Source: Minisyncoccota bacterium
GTDB taxonomy: Bacteria > Patescibacteriota > Minisyncoccia > Phycocordibacterales > UBA12088
NCBI GenBank assembly: GCA_041920275.1
Contig: JAYRSE010000001.1
Location: 2,004 to 66,003, forward strand
Direction of reading: 5' to 3'
DNA length: 64,000 nt
Shown here: positions 36,862-47,180 of the stretch, one piece after another
How positions within the stretch are numbered: the first letter of the stretch is position 1
Layout: each line of letters begins with the position of its first letter
The notes under the pieces: model-generated
Database searches by the model: none
Told to the model about the DNA's origin: nothing
What the model saw: the letters and a program-made list of their open reading frames with translations, nothing else
Translations under genes and position numbers: made by a program

Positions 36862-37425
36862 TCAGAGACCATCGAGCAGTTCGATGATCATTTCGACGGG
36901 AACGTACTCCTTTTTCCCGCGACTTCGATAGATGATGCTGATCGATGTGTGCGGTTCGTTTCGTGCGTCTGCGATCACTTCCGCGAGTATTCGAAGGAAC
37001 CATACGCTTTTGAACCACTGTTCGGAAAAATCGAACAATGTCGCCGCGAAGATGGTCTTCTGTTTGCATTCGGACGCAGTGATCACTTCGATTATGGTCG
37101 ACCTGTCACGCGAAGGCGATCCGGCGATGGTCGGCACCTCCTTGCGCAGGGCATACAAACCATGCCTTCGCATGGCGAGTAATTTTGGTAAGAGCCATGG
37201 AATCTGGTGATCTGATATGATGGTGACGATGACGTTGTTTTTAATGATCGCACCAAGGCATTCCATGTCGTATGGTGCGTATACCACATGGTACTCGCAG
37301 TGCCGCACTACCAGTTCCGGTTTGGAGAAAAGTTGCCGGACTTGGTGCGCTTTGGTGGTTGTTCGTCTCAGTTCCGAGTCGCCATACTGTACTCGTTTTC
37401 GTGCGTGATGCGATAGTCTGTACAT
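36862..37425 (-). CDS. hypothetical protein with DUF4258/BECR-like N-terminus
   Basis: AAGGGG SD; LSHHARKR ... VIVTI pattern. Confidence 0.45.
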   Translation of the reverse strand: MYRLSHHARKRVQYGDSELRRTTTKAHQVRQLFSKPELVVRHCEYHVVYAPYDMECLGAIIKNNVIVTIISDHQIPWLLPKLLAMRRHGLYALRKEVPTIAGSPSRDRSTIIEVITASECKQKTIFAATLFDFSEQWFKSVWFLRILAEVIADARNEPHTSISIIYRSRGKKEYVPVEMIIELLDGL

Positions 37426-37640
37426 CGCGTGACCCCCTTTTTCTTATCTTGCCGTAGTATACGGTTGCGGCGAATCATTGCAAGGAGATTGGAGACGGAT
37501 ACGGATCACGATCGCGCTCCGGTGCACATCACTATTGCGTGGTCGGTGGTGTATCGAGGCCCGCAGGAAGTGTTCTGTGAGCGTCGGCCGATCTCTATGG
37601 ATCACAGGTCGGATACGTCGTCCGTGACTTCGTCGAAGGT

Positions 37641-38633
37641 TCAATGTAGACGTCGATGGATCGTGTGCACCCGTTCCGGTCGTAATGCGTCATTTCCGTT
37701 TATACAGGTCACATCCACCATGTTACCGTCCGCGCGTACCATTGTGGAGCCGATACGATGCTCGCGACCCGGGTTCTTCGTGATCGCAACCGCGGTGTCG
37801 TTGTTGATCATGCACACTCCCGGTATGTCCTTTTCAACGAGCTGCTTGCCGGACGCACGTTTTTTGTGACCGTGCACGACCACCTTTACGTGCAATCGTT
37901 CCAGGAGCAGCGATATCTCGGTCGACTCTTCGGGGCCATGTCCGTGTTCTTGTGGTCGAGGTGCTTTGGTGAGTGCGTGGAGTTCTTCAAATATGCGTAC
38001 GCTTTCGGCAGGTGTGTGAGGGAGTAGTGCAAACGCTCGAGCGAATCGTTCGTTCACGCGCCAACGGTCGTTCGGCACATCACCTTTATGCTCTTCATAC
38101 TGACGCACCATCTCTTCGAGCATTGATCGTGTCGGGTATGCGTGCAAAAAAAGAACGGAGCCCTGTTTGTACACCATCTTTCCCGTACCCAAGAATGCCA
38201 GGTCCTTCCGGCTCGGCGCCTCCTCTGGGGGTCCGTGCGGCAATGCCATAAGGAGGTCCAGTTCGTGGTTTCCAAGAAGGAGCGTAACCCGGTTGCCGTT
38301 CTTCGCTCGTTCGGAAAGGTGCCTGAAAAGGCGAATGACGTGGTGATGTGCGGATCGTCGGTCTATGAGGTCACCGGTAAGCACGAGGTGGGTATCGTGC
38401 ACGTCGGGGTGCCAGTCTTCAGAGTCCTTTGCAATGATGCCACGTTCAAGCAAGCTTCCTTTCGCGGAAATGGTATCATCATGTATGTCTGAGAGGAGTA
38501 CATAGTTGATCTCCCGCGGTTCTCTTTCCTTCGATAGTGCGAGTCCCGGTGAAGTACGTTCGAAGCCGGAAGTGCATTTTGTCTGTTCAGGGCCGCGTTC
38601 CGGCACGACGGGTATGCGCTCGAATGAGTTCAT
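37641..38633 (-). CDS. calcineurin-like metallophosphoesterase
   Basis: SDIH, GDLIDR, LGNHE, FLHA, HGH; TATACT 7 nt before ATG 38633. Confidence 0.85.
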   Translation of the reverse strand: MNSFERIPVVPERGPEQTKCTSGFERTSPGLALSKEREPREINYVLLSDIHDDTISAKGSLLERGIIAKDSEDWHPDVHDTHLVLTGDLIDRRSAHHHVIRLFRHLSERAKNGNRVTLLLGNHELDLLMALPHGPPEEAPSRKDLAFLGTGKMVYKQGSVLFLHAYPTRSMLEEMVRQYEEHKGDVPNDRWRVNERFARAFALLPHTPAESVRIFEELHALTKAPRPQEHGHGPEESTEISLLLERLHVKVVVHGHKKRASGKQLVEKDIPGVCMINNDTAVAITKNPGREHRIGSTMVRADGNMVDVTCINGNDALRPERVHTIHRRLH

Positions 38634-38761
38634 GAGAGTCAGTATACTATATCTCAGTTGCCACCGACGAGGTGTGCGCGACGCGGCGCACTTGTTCAGG
38701 TGGGCGCGGCGGGGTACTATTGCGTTGTAACGTTCACGCTCGGCGAGGAACGAACAGCAGT

Positions 38762-39259
38762 ATGCAGAATTCACAGATACGACACTGGCTTACAAAGATC
38801 ACGGATGTCTTTCGGAGGAGCGGAAGTCGTCATGCTCGTGCAATGAAAGAGAGTGCGCATGATCGAGCCGCCGAGGTGCAAGAGCGTATCGTTGAGCATC
38901 GCATGCAGGAACGAGCGCGAAAGGGGATAAGTGGTCCCGGGGGTATGCGCATACCCGAAGACTGGAGCATGCGGACGCTGGGTGACTTGCGGCGCGTATA
39001 TGCGCTCTCTCGAACGCCTGAGGGTGCGGATACGCTTTCCGACAGCGAATGGGGACTCGTACATCAGGCGGAAAAGATCCTCACCGCCGATGCTCATTCG
39101 CTATCCCCCGAACACCTCGATGTGTTGGCGGGACTTGCATCGGATTCCGAACAACCGGACGAACTTACCCTGCAAACGCTCTTTGACCGTATGCAGGTAC
39201 GCAATGAGCGTATCGAGCGCGTTCGAGTGCAGACGATCAAAGCGAAGGGGCACCTTTAG
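38762..39259 (+). CDS. hypothetical protein
   Basis: Open frame with helical composition filling the gap; start uncertain. Confidence 0.5.
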   Translation: MQNSQIRHWLTKITDVFRRSGSRHARAMKESAHDRAAEVQERIVEHRMQERARKGISGPGGMRIPEDWSMRTLGDLRRVYALSRTPEGADTLSDSEWGLVHQAEKILTADAHSLSPEHLDVLAGLASDSEQPDELTLQTLFDRMQVRNERIERVRVQTIKAKGHL

Positions 39260-39305
39260 CCCGTATCTAATGTTGCGCGAAAGATGTCCGCGTCCACTCG
39301 CCACG

Positions 39306-39554
39306 TTACCCTTTGTCGGCTCTTGGCGGCATTCCGAGGGTGTGCCTTATTTCCGCCATTGCTTCGGCGTGCGCTTTGGTGAGCCGTGCTTGCTTTTCCA
39401 GCATCGCATCGATCACCGCCTGTTCTTCGGTGGATGTTCCGCATGTCTCTCCCGGTACCTCAACAAGCCCTTGCGCGGCATGCACTTGTTCTATTGTGTC
39501 CAGAGATTTGCGATGTTCTCGGTACAATGCTTCGCCAAAACCCTTATTGCTCAT
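39306..39554 (-). CDS. hypothetical protein
   Basis: 82 aa ORF co-oriented just downstream of YqeY gene. Confidence 0.45.
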   Translation of the reverse strand: MSNKGFGEALYREHRKSLDTIEQVHAAQGLVEVPGETCGTSTEEQAVIDAMLEKQARLTKAHAEAMAEIRHTLGMPPRADKG

Positions 39555-39572
39555 ATTGAAGATAACTTTGCA

Positions 39573-40037
39573 TTAGCCCAACACTTGCTCGACAACCTCC
39601 TTGACGAGTGCGCCATCCGCGGTGCCTTTACATGCCGCCATGACCGCACCGGTAAGTTTGCCGATGCCTGAACGGTCGGTAATGCCGAGCTCCGCCATCT
39701 TTGTGCGAACGATACCCTCGATCTCTTCGCGGGTGCGTTGCGGAGGGAGGTACGTTGCCAGTATCTGCGCCTCCGATCCCTCTTTTTCAGCAAGGTCCGG
39801 ACGACCTCCCGTACGGAATTGCTCCGCGGCATCCTTTCGCTGTTTCAGTGCGCGACGTATGACCGAGAGTGTCTCGTTGTCGGAGAGTCGGTCTTGCGGA
39901 GTGCGCTTGGTCGCGGTGAGTTCCTGCATGAACATGGTAAGGAGACCGCGCAGAACGCTCAGGCGCAATTCTTCGCGTGCTTTCATGGCGGCAACCATAT
40001 CGGCACGTACCTGTTCCTGCAGATCCATATCTGTCAT
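39573..40037 (-). CDS. GatB/YqeY domain protein
   Basis: AAMKARE..RLSVLR, KQRKDAAEQF..GGRPDLAEKE, YLP. Confidence 0.92.
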   Translation of the reverse strand: MTDMDLQEQVRADMVAAMKAREELRLSVLRGLLTMFMQELTATKRTPQDRLSDNETLSVIRRALKQRKDAAEQFRTGGRPDLAEKEGSEAQILATYLPPQRTREEIEGIVRTKMAELGITDRSGIGKLTGAVMAACKGTADGALVKEVVEQVLG

Positions 40038-40122
40038 GGTAGCACGAAATACGATAACGCGCATGGGGTCGTTGTGGACTACCGTGTTTCGAATATCTCC
40101 GAAAAGCTCTATACTGAGCGCT

Positions 40123-42798
40123 ATGAGTGGCGGGGAAAAGAGTTGGGAACGAATGAATATCGATCAAGTGCGCCGTGTGCTTGCTGTCGACCTTGTGCAG
40201 GGACTTTCCGATGAGGAAGTCGCGCGAAGGAGCCGATTGTACGGAACGAACGAGTTGCGACGTACGAAGCAAGACAGTGTGCTCTCCATCATCGCTCGTC
40301 AGTTCAAGAACCCTCTCGTACTGGTGTTGTGTGCCGCAAGTGTGATAACCGCACTGCTCGGAGAGTCGGTCGATTCCATTGTCATTTTGCTCGCACTTTG
40401 CATAAACGTGCTCGTCGGGACCTTCCAGGAGGAGCGTGCGGGGAAGGCGTTCGAAAAGCTTAACGCATCGCAGGAGCGTCATGCGATCGTGATCCGCAAC
40501 GGAACCCGTGAAAATATCTTAGCGAAGGATCTCGTGCCCGGAGACGTGTTGCTCATGGAGGGTGGCAATTTCGTACCCGCAGATGTGCGCTTGATCGAAG
40601 AGAAAGACCTTCGGGTGAACGAAGCCGCTCTGACGGGCGAGTGGCTTGCGGTCGCCAAGGACGTGGCGCCGCTTGCGAGTGCAGTACCGCTTGCCGAACG
40701 CGCCAATATGGCATGGATGGGTACGCTCATTGAGGCCGGCTATGGCAAGGGTGTCGTGGTCGATACGGGCGCACGCACACAGATCGGGCTGATCGCGAAC
40801 GAGCTAGCGTCGATCGAAGAACAGGTGACCCCGCTCCAGCGGAACATACGATCGATCGCGCATTTCATCTCCTACGCGATCGCGTTCGCATTGTTCTTGA
40901 TCTTTGTTGTGGGAATGGTCAAGGGGTATGCGATACGAGAGATGTTCTTTATCGGCATCGCCGTCGCCGTTGCCGCCGTACCGACCGGGCTTCCCGCCGC
41001 CTTGACGATCGTGCTCGCGATCGGCATGGAGACCATTCTCAAGCGCGGAGGTCTGGTGCGAAACCTGCTCGCGGCGGAGACGCTCGGTAGTACGACCATG
41101 ATACTCACCGACAAGACCGGTACGCTTACGGAGGCACGCATGAAGCTCGCGGGACTTTACAGTCGGCAAGGATCGAAAGATGGTGTGATCGTCCCCGTGG
41201 GCGATAATCGGTTCCTTCTGGAGCTGGCGGTCTTGGCCTCGGATGCGTTCATAGAAGAAAAAGAGGATGCCCCGAACAAGCTTACCGTGCATGGTCGGCC
41301 CATCGAGAAGGCCGTTGCGTTGTGTGGGTTGGAAGTGGGGCTTGTGCAGAGCATCCTGCTCGAGGAAAACCCCTGTATCGATCGGTTGCAATTCACCTCG
41401 GCACGACGGTTCGGCGCATCATTGCATAAGCATCCTCACAAGAAAACCCACCGTCTGATCATAACCGGGGAGCCGGAGAAGCTCATCGAAGCGGCGACCA
41501 CCTGTCGGGTCGAAGGAAAGCGTCAAAAAATGGCCGATGAAGACCGACGAAGGTTCCATGAGACCATGGAACGGCTTGCCGGAGAAGGTAAACGGGTGAT
41601 CGGTGTTGCGTATCGTGACGCAACGTTCGAGCGTATACCCGAGGACGGTGCGGAGGTGAACGAGCTTCCGAAGAATCTCGTCTTGGCGGGTCTTATTGCG
41701 TTCGAAGACCCTATTCGTACGGATGTTCGGGTTGCTGTCGCGGAGGTCCGTGAGGCGGGTGCCCGCGTGATCATGCTCACCGGTGATAATCCGGAAACCG
41801 CTCGTCACATTGCTCGCGAAGTGGGTATTGTCGGGAAGGCGGACGATATGGTGATACGAGGTGCTGAGATCGATGCGTGGGACGACCGAGAGTTGTACAC
41901 GAAACTGCGCACGGTGCGTGTGATCGCGCGAGCATTGCCCGCCCACAAGTTACGGATCGTGCGCTTGTTGAAGGCGCAAGGGGAGGTGGTGGCAATGACA
42001 GGTGACGGGATAAACGACGCACCGGCGTTGCGTGCGGCAAATATCGGGGTATCGGTGGGGAGTGGCACCGAGGTTGCCAAGGAGGCAAGTGATCTGGTAC
42101 TCATTGATGATAGTTTTTCGGTCATTGTGGCCGCTGTCGAGGAGGGGAGACGGATCATGGATAACCTCAAACGGATCATCGCGTTTCTTCTCTCCACCTC
42201 GTTCAGTGAGATCATTCTTATCGCCGGTGCGCTTGCGGGTGGCGTTTCAATCCCGCTTACTCCGGTGCAAATCCTGTGGGCGAACATTGTGGGCGGGGAT
42301 CTTGTGAGTTTTGCGTACGCGTTTGAAAAGAAGGACCCGACCGTTATGCGTCGTGATCCGCGAAGTGCACGTGCGAAGAACATAGTCACAAAAAAGCTCA
42401 TCTCGATGATCGTGATCCTTTCGATCGTTTCCGGCACCACGACCATTCTTCTGTACTACTGGCTGTTGGGAAGAGGGGTTTCGATGGAAGAGATCCGCAC
42501 CATCATGTTCGTCACCATTTCGCTCGACAGTATTTTCTTCAGCTTTTCTTTGAAAGCGTTCGACACTCCCGTGTGGCGTGTCAACATATTCGACAATCGA
42601 TACCTGTTGGGTACGCTTTCCTTCAGTCTCGTACTTCTGATCATTGCATTGTTCTTCGCTCCCATGCGGGAACTGCTTTCACTCGTTACGCTTGCGCCGT
42701 GGGAATTCGGACTCTTGCTCGGCGTCGGTCTCTTTAACTTGGCAACGATCGAGGTGGTAAAATGGGCGTATTTTCAGCGGTCGGCACGCAACTCGTAG
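40123..42798 (+). CDS. P-type (P2A-like) cation-transporting ATPase
   Basis: DKTGTLT, MLTGD, TGDGINDAPAL; TATACT 7 nt before ATG 40123 (ORF-track extension overlaps YqeY). Confidence 0.92.
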   Translation: MSGGEKSWERMNIDQVRRVLAVDLVQGLSDEEVARRSRLYGTNELRRTKQDSVLSIIARQFKNPLVLVLCAASVITALLGESVDSIVILLALCINVLVGTFQEERAGKAFEKLNASQERHAIVIRNGTRENILAKDLVPGDVLLMEGGNFVPADVRLIEEKDLRVNEAALTGEWLAVAKDVAPLASAVPLAERANMAWMGTLIEAGYGKGVVVDTGARTQIGLIANELASIEEQVTPLQRNIRSIAHFISYAIAFALFLIFVVGMVKGYAIREMFFIGIAVAVAAVPTGLPAALTIVLAIGMETILKRGGLVRNLLAAETLGSTTMILTDKTGTLTEARMKLAGLYSRQGSKDGVIVPVGDNRFLLELAVLASDAFIEEKEDAPNKLTVHGRPIEKAVALCGLEVGLVQSILLEENPCIDRLQFTSARRFGASLHKHPHKKTHRLIITGEPEKLIEAATTCRVEGKRQKMADEDRRRFHETMERLAGEGKRVIGVAYRDATFERIPEDGAEVNELPKNLVLAGLIAFEDPIRTDVRVAVAEVREAGARVIMLTGDNPETARHIAREVGIVGKADDMVIRGAEIDAWDDRELYTKLRTVRVIARALPAHKLRIVRLLKAQGEVVAMTGDGINDAPALRAANIGVSVGSGTEVAKEASDLVLIDDSFSVIVAAVEEGRRIMDNLKRIIAFLLSTSFSEIILIAGALAGGVSIPLTPVQILWANIVGGDLVSFAYAFEKKDPTVMRRDPRSARAKNIVTKKLISMIVILSIVSGTTTILLYYWLLGRGVSMEEIRTIMFVTISLDSIFFSFSLKAFDTPVWRVNIFDNRYLLGTLSFSLVLLIIALFFAPMRELLSLVTLAPWEFGLLLGVGLFNLATIEVVKWAYFQRSARNS

Positions 42799-42892
42799 CC
42801 CCGCCCGGGCGTCGCTCCGAGGCGTTGTTTTTTGTGCGGAATTCGGGTATATCTTAGGTGGAGAATAAATCACCAGCACTGCGGAGGTCACG

Positions 42893-43579
42893 ATGCAAAG
42901 GGTTCTGGAGGTTCCGCCGTCGTTTGAAGCGGCAATGCGGAGTTTGCTTTCGCACCATGCGGATAGGTTGATCGACCTCATTCCGCTTGATCACTGTACG
43001 GTCTGTACCGCCACACAAACGAACGGTGCATTCCCGGTCAGAATATTCTTGGAGCGGGACATGGTCGATGTGCGGGGTGTTACCGGTTCACGGAGCACCG
43101 CGAACCGAGCGAGGAAGGTGATAGGGTCGGCAAGGTGTCAGTTTGCCGCGCAGCATACGGGTTCGCGATTGCACATCTATCAAAAATCCTTGAGCAAGTA
43201 CGCGCAAGAACATCCGTGTTGTCACGATGTGGTGTATTACATACCCCGCATACCCGCTCTCCACTCCCCGAATGAGGTCTTCACGGAGCGGTGTCGGATC
43301 CACAATCTTGTGTGCCGGTGGGTTGGAGCGTTAAAGATGGGCGGGGTGCTCGTAGTGGTGCTCGTCAACCCTTGCACACATCTCACGTTCGAGTTCCGCA
43401 ACACGCTCGCACGATGTGTCAGACACGCGCTCGAATTCGCAGGTGCTTCTTTGCGGGAAGAGTGCGTGCTCGACCTGCCGGATCTTGATGTTCCGGAGGG
43501 GCGTACGGACGAGCAAATACGTGTCGCCCGTTCCTGTCTGCTGCTTGTCGGACAAGGAGGGGAAGGAGGGCTGTGTTAA
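42893..43579 (+). CDS. hypothetical protein, weak Rossmann/methyltransferase-like C-terminus
   Basis: GGAGGT SD; ALKMGGVLVVV resembles the L.PGG.L motif. Confidence 0.45.
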   Translation: MQRVLEVPPSFEAAMRSLLSHHADRLIDLIPLDHCTVCTATQTNGAFPVRIFLERDMVDVRGVTGSRSTANRARKVIGSARCQFAAQHTGSRLHIYQKSLSKYAQEHPCCHDVVYYIPRIPALHSPNEVFTERCRIHNLVCRWVGALKMGGVLVVVLVNPCTHLTFEFRNTLARCVRHALEFAGASLREECVLDLPDLDVPEGRTDEQIRVARSCLLLVGQGGEGGLC

Positions 43580-43649
43580 GCCCGCGGGGTCGTTTCAATG
43601 CGACCCCTTTCGTATACAGACCGATCTCTTCGCGGTACAATGGGTACCT

Positions 43650-44714
43650 ATGGAGCCATTGATCGCAGTACTTGTCGTACTTCTCATCGCCAATGTCGTG
43701 CTTGTTTTCATGTTGGTGCGCGGACGTGAAAAGAAGGATGATGGTTCGGCGCTTTTACTCCAGCAGCAGCTTCAAGAACTTTCACGAACGCTCGATACTC
43801 GGCTTTCCGAGTCGACCCGTCATGTGCAGCAGTCGCTTCAGAACCAGCTCTCCGAAAGCGCCTCGCTCGTTCGAGAGGTCACCGCAGGACTCACCAAACT
43901 CGATGAGACCAACCGGCAGGTCGTGTCGTTCGCCGATGAGCTTCAGAACTTGCAGGATATTCTAAAAAACCCGAAACAACGCGGGGTACTCGGGGAGTAC
44001 TACTTGGAGACCGTGCTCAAGAACGTGCTTCCTCCGGGTCGTTTTCAAATGCAGTACGCGTTTGCGGACGGGGACGTTGTTGATGCCGCCGTATTTTTGG
44101 ACAAAGGAAAAGTGCTTCCCATTGATTCGAAGTTCTCGCTCGAGAATTATAACCGTCTCATAGAGACGCGAGACCATGCGGAGCGGGACCGTCTCGAAAA
44201 GTCTTTCCGTCAGGATCTCAAACAACGTATTGATGAGACGTCGAAGTATATTCGACCTCGCGAGAATACCATGGACTTCGCGTTCATGTTCATTCCGAGC
44301 GAGGGCATCTACTACGATCTTTTGGTGAACCAAGTGGGAGCGATGCGTTCGACGAGCCGTGACTTGCTTGAGTATGCATTTCGAGACAAGAAGGTCATCA
44401 TTGTTTCCCCGACAAGCTTTTTGGCATACCTTCAGACCGTGCTCCAGGGACTGCGCGCACTTGAGATAGAGGAGGGTGCCAAGGAGATACGCAAGAATGT
44501 TGAACAGCTCGGTCGGCACCTGCAAACGTACGCCGATTTTCATACAAAGCTGGGCGCTTCACTTGCAACCACGGTGAATCATTACAATGCCTCGGGAAAG
44601 GAGTTCTTGAAGATCGACAAGGATGTGCTGCGCATCACTTCGGAGAGTCCGGAGCTCACGCATGGTGCGGTGGAGCGTCCGCTGCCGACGGGAGAGCGCG
44701 AAAATGACCGCTAG
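43650..44714 (+). CDS. rmuC: DNA recombination protein RmuC
   Basis: KQRGVLGEYYL, IDSKFSL, DFAFMFIPSE, VSPT. Confidence 0.93.
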   Translation: MEPLIAVLVVLLIANVVLVFMLVRGREKKDDGSALLLQQQLQELSRTLDTRLSESTRHVQQSLQNQLSESASLVREVTAGLTKLDETNRQVVSFADELQNLQDILKNPKQRGVLGEYYLETVLKNVLPPGRFQMQYAFADGDVVDAAVFLDKGKVLPIDSKFSLENYNRLIETRDHAERDRLEKSFRQDLKQRIDETSKYIRPRENTMDFAFMFIPSEGIYYDLLVNQVGAMRSTSRDLLEYAFRDKKVIIVSPTSFLAYLQTVLQGLRALEIEEGAKEIRKNVEQLGRHLQTYADFHTKLGASLATTVNHYNASGKEFLKIDKDVLRITSESPELTHGAVERPLPTGERENDR

Positions 44715-44761
44715 TGTCGAGTGCGGTTGCATTTTTAGCGATCCGGTGTATAATGGATGTA

Positions 44762-45073
44762 ATGGCATTTGCTATTGTCGAAACGGGCGGAAAGCAGTAT
44801 CGCATCACCGAGGGCGATGTGTTTCGTGTGGAAAAACTCGCCGGTCACAAGGCCGGAGACACGGTCGTGTTCGACAAGGTGTTGCTTGTGGATGATGGCG
44901 AGGAGACGGTCGTCGGCACTCCGTACATCGAGGGCAAGACGATCGAGGTGACACTGATCGAAGAAGGAAAAGGCAAGAAGCTGCATATACAGAAGTTCAA
45001 ATCCAAGAGCCGCTACAAGAGGCGTCTCGGTCATCGTCAGGTTTTCTCGAAAGTACAGGCGAGCGCACTTTAA
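44762..45073 (+). CDS. rplU: 50S ribosomal protein L21
   Basis: FAIVETGGKQYRI, GTPYIEG, GHRQ. Confidence 0.97.
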   Translation: MAFAIVETGGKQYRITEGDVFRVEKLAGHKAGDTVVFDKVLLVDDGEETVVGTPYIEGKTIEVTLIEEGKGKKLHIQKFKSKSRYKRRLGHRQVFSKVQASAL

Positions 45074-45097
45074 GTGTAGGCGATATTGCGGAGTGTA

Positions 45098-45118
45098 CCG
45101 CGGGAGCGGTTTTTTTGT
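45098..45118 (+). terminator. Rho-independent terminator after rplU
   Basis: ACCGC-GGGA-GCGGT followed by T-run. Confidence 0.6.
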
Positions 45119-45280
45119 GTTCGGAACTCAATATCGCCGGTGTAGGCACTTGACCGTGTCGAACAAGGAACGGATGACGGTGTCAAGGTATGGTGTGCCG
45201 GGGTATATGGTACCGTATGGGTGATGACAGGTCTTCAATTGATGTGGTGAAGCCTTTCGCGAATAATCGATCATTTTTCC

Positions 45281-47101
45281 ATGTGCGGTATCATCGGATA
45301 TACGGGCGTACGGCCGGCAAGCCCCATCCTGCTCGACGGTCTTCGTTTGATGGAGTATCGAGGGTATGACTCCGCGGGGATCTATGTCCCGGGCTCCGGT
45401 GTGTTCAAGGCGGTCGGTCCGGTACAGAACCTGTCCGATACGATTCCCGGTCTGCTGCCGTGGAATGCCGGTATCGGCCACACGCGTTGGGCAACTCACG
45501 GGGTGCCGAACACCGCGAACGCGCATCCACATTCCGACGCTCGTGGTAGGATCTGGCTCGTACACAACGGTATCATAGAAAATTTTACGGAGTTGCGAGA
45601 CATGCTTGTTCGGCGGGGACATGTGTTCTTGTCCGAGACGGATACCGAGGTGCTCGCGCACTGTATCGGTGAAGAGTATGATAAAACACATGACCTCGCT
45701 CGCGCGGTGACCTCCGCATTCATGTACGTGCGTGGCACGTACGGCATCGCGGTCATGAGCGAAGATGAACCGGATACGATACTTGCCGCTCGAATGGGAA
45801 GTCCGATCGCGATCGGGATCAAAGATGCGGAATATATCGTCGCGAGCGATACTGCGCCGCTCTTGCGACATACCCAGCAAGTGCTCTATTTGAGCGATGG
45901 TGAGTACGCGCTCTTGAAGCCGAGCGGATATGTGGTTTGCAGCTTCGACCATGAAAAGCGGTCGCCGGATATCCAGATGCTCACCATGTCCGTTGACGCG
46001 GTGCAAAAGGGCGGGTACCCGCACTTCATGCTCAAGGAGATCATGGAAATTCCACACGTGCTCGAAAATAGCGCACGTGGCAGAATCGTGGTCGTTGATG
46101 GTACCGCGCGTCTCGGTGGTCTGGATGCGCATGCCGAACTGTTGCGAAAGGTCACACGCATGACCATTGTCGGATGCGGATCCGCATACTACGCGGGCAT
46201 GGTCGGCAAGTTGCTGTTCGAAGATCTGGCGGGCATTCCCGCGGAGATCGAGATCGCATCGGAGTACCGTCATCGAACCATCGTGCCTCAGGCGCACCAT
46301 GCCGCACTGTTCATTTCGCAGTCGGGTGAGACGGCTGATACGCTGGCGTCCTTGCGCGCCGTGAAGCGTGTCGGTATGCCGACCATCGGCATTGTGAACG
46401 TGGTCGGTTCGACCATAGCGCGAGAGACCGATATGGGAGTGTACAATCATGCAGGTCCCGAGATCGGCGTCGCCTCAACGAAGGCGTTCTTGAGTCAGCT
46501 CGAAGTCCTCACCCTTGTTGCGATCGCTCTCGGTCGGACGCGCGGCCTTTCCGAAGCGAGAGGTGCGGGTATCCTTCTCGAACTCAGGGAGCTCAAGGGT
46601 AAGGTTGAGCGGATACTCGAACAACGTGAAGTAATTCGGCGTCTGGCAGAGGAGTATCTCGGGTATGACGATTTTCTTTACCTGGGTCGCGGGTACAATG
46701 TTGCGACCGCGTACGAAGGGGCGTTGAAGTTGAAAGAGGTCTCGTATGTCCACGCGGAAGGGTATCCTGCGGGTGAGATGAAACACGGTCCGATCGCCAT
46801 GATCGACGAGACCTTTCCTTCGATCGTCATTGTGCCCGGCGATCAATACTACGAAAAAAATCGGAGTGCGATCCAAGAATTGCGCGCACGTTCGGGAAGG
46901 GTCCTTGCGATCGCGACCGAAGGCGATAGCGACATCGCCCGTTTGGTCGATGATGTGTTCCATATTCCCGATACGATGGAGATGTTGACACCGATACTCG
47001 CCAACGTGCCGTTGCAATTGTTCGCATATTACATGGGCGTCTTGCGCGGGTTCAATGTCGACCGTCCGCGCAACCTCGCAAAAAGCGTTACCGTGGAGTG
47101 A
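45281..47101 (+). CDS. glmS: glutamine--fructose-6-phosphate aminotransferase
   Basis: MCGIIG, GHTRWATHG, SQSGET, PRNLAKSVTVE. Confidence 0.98.
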   Translation: MCGIIGYTGVRPASPILLDGLRLMEYRGYDSAGIYVPGSGVFKAVGPVQNLSDTIPGLLPWNAGIGHTRWATHGVPNTANAHPHSDARGRIWLVHNGIIENFTELRDMLVRRGHVFLSETDTEVLAHCIGEEYDKTHDLARAVTSAFMYVRGTYGIAVMSEDEPDTILAARMGSPIAIGIKDAEYIVASDTAPLLRHTQQVLYLSDGEYALLKPSGYVVCSFDHEKRSPDIQMLTMSVDAVQKGGYPHFMLKEIMEIPHVLENSARGRIVVVDGTARLGGLDAHAELLRKVTRMTIVGCGSAYYAGMVGKLLFEDLAGIPAEIEIASEYRHRTIVPQAHHAALFISQSGETADTLASLRAVKRVGMPTIGIVNVVGSTIARETDMGVYNHAGPEIGVASTKAFLSQLEVLTLVAIALGRTRGLSEARGAGILLELRELKGKVERILEQREVIRRLAEEYLGYDDFLYLGRGYNVATAYEGALKLKEVSYVHAEGYPAGEMKHGPIAMIDETFPSIVIVPGDQYYEKNRSAIQELRARSGRVLAIATEGDSDIARLVDDVFHIPDTMEMLTPILANVPLQLFAYYMGVLRGFNVDRPRNLAKSVTVE

Positions 47102-47180
47102 TGGCGCATGAAAGGATCGAACCCGCCCGTGCGTTATAAGGGTAGCGCGGTGTTTATGAGTATCTTAAAACGATCCCCCT

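Noticed and set aside
39601-40122. 174 aa N-terminal extension of the P-type ATPase
   Set aside because: Antisense to the YqeY gene; -10 box and homology start at ATG 40123.
45120-45280. glmS ribozyme upstream of glmS
   Set aside because: The conserved AGCGCC..GAC core and GACGAGG motif are not visible.
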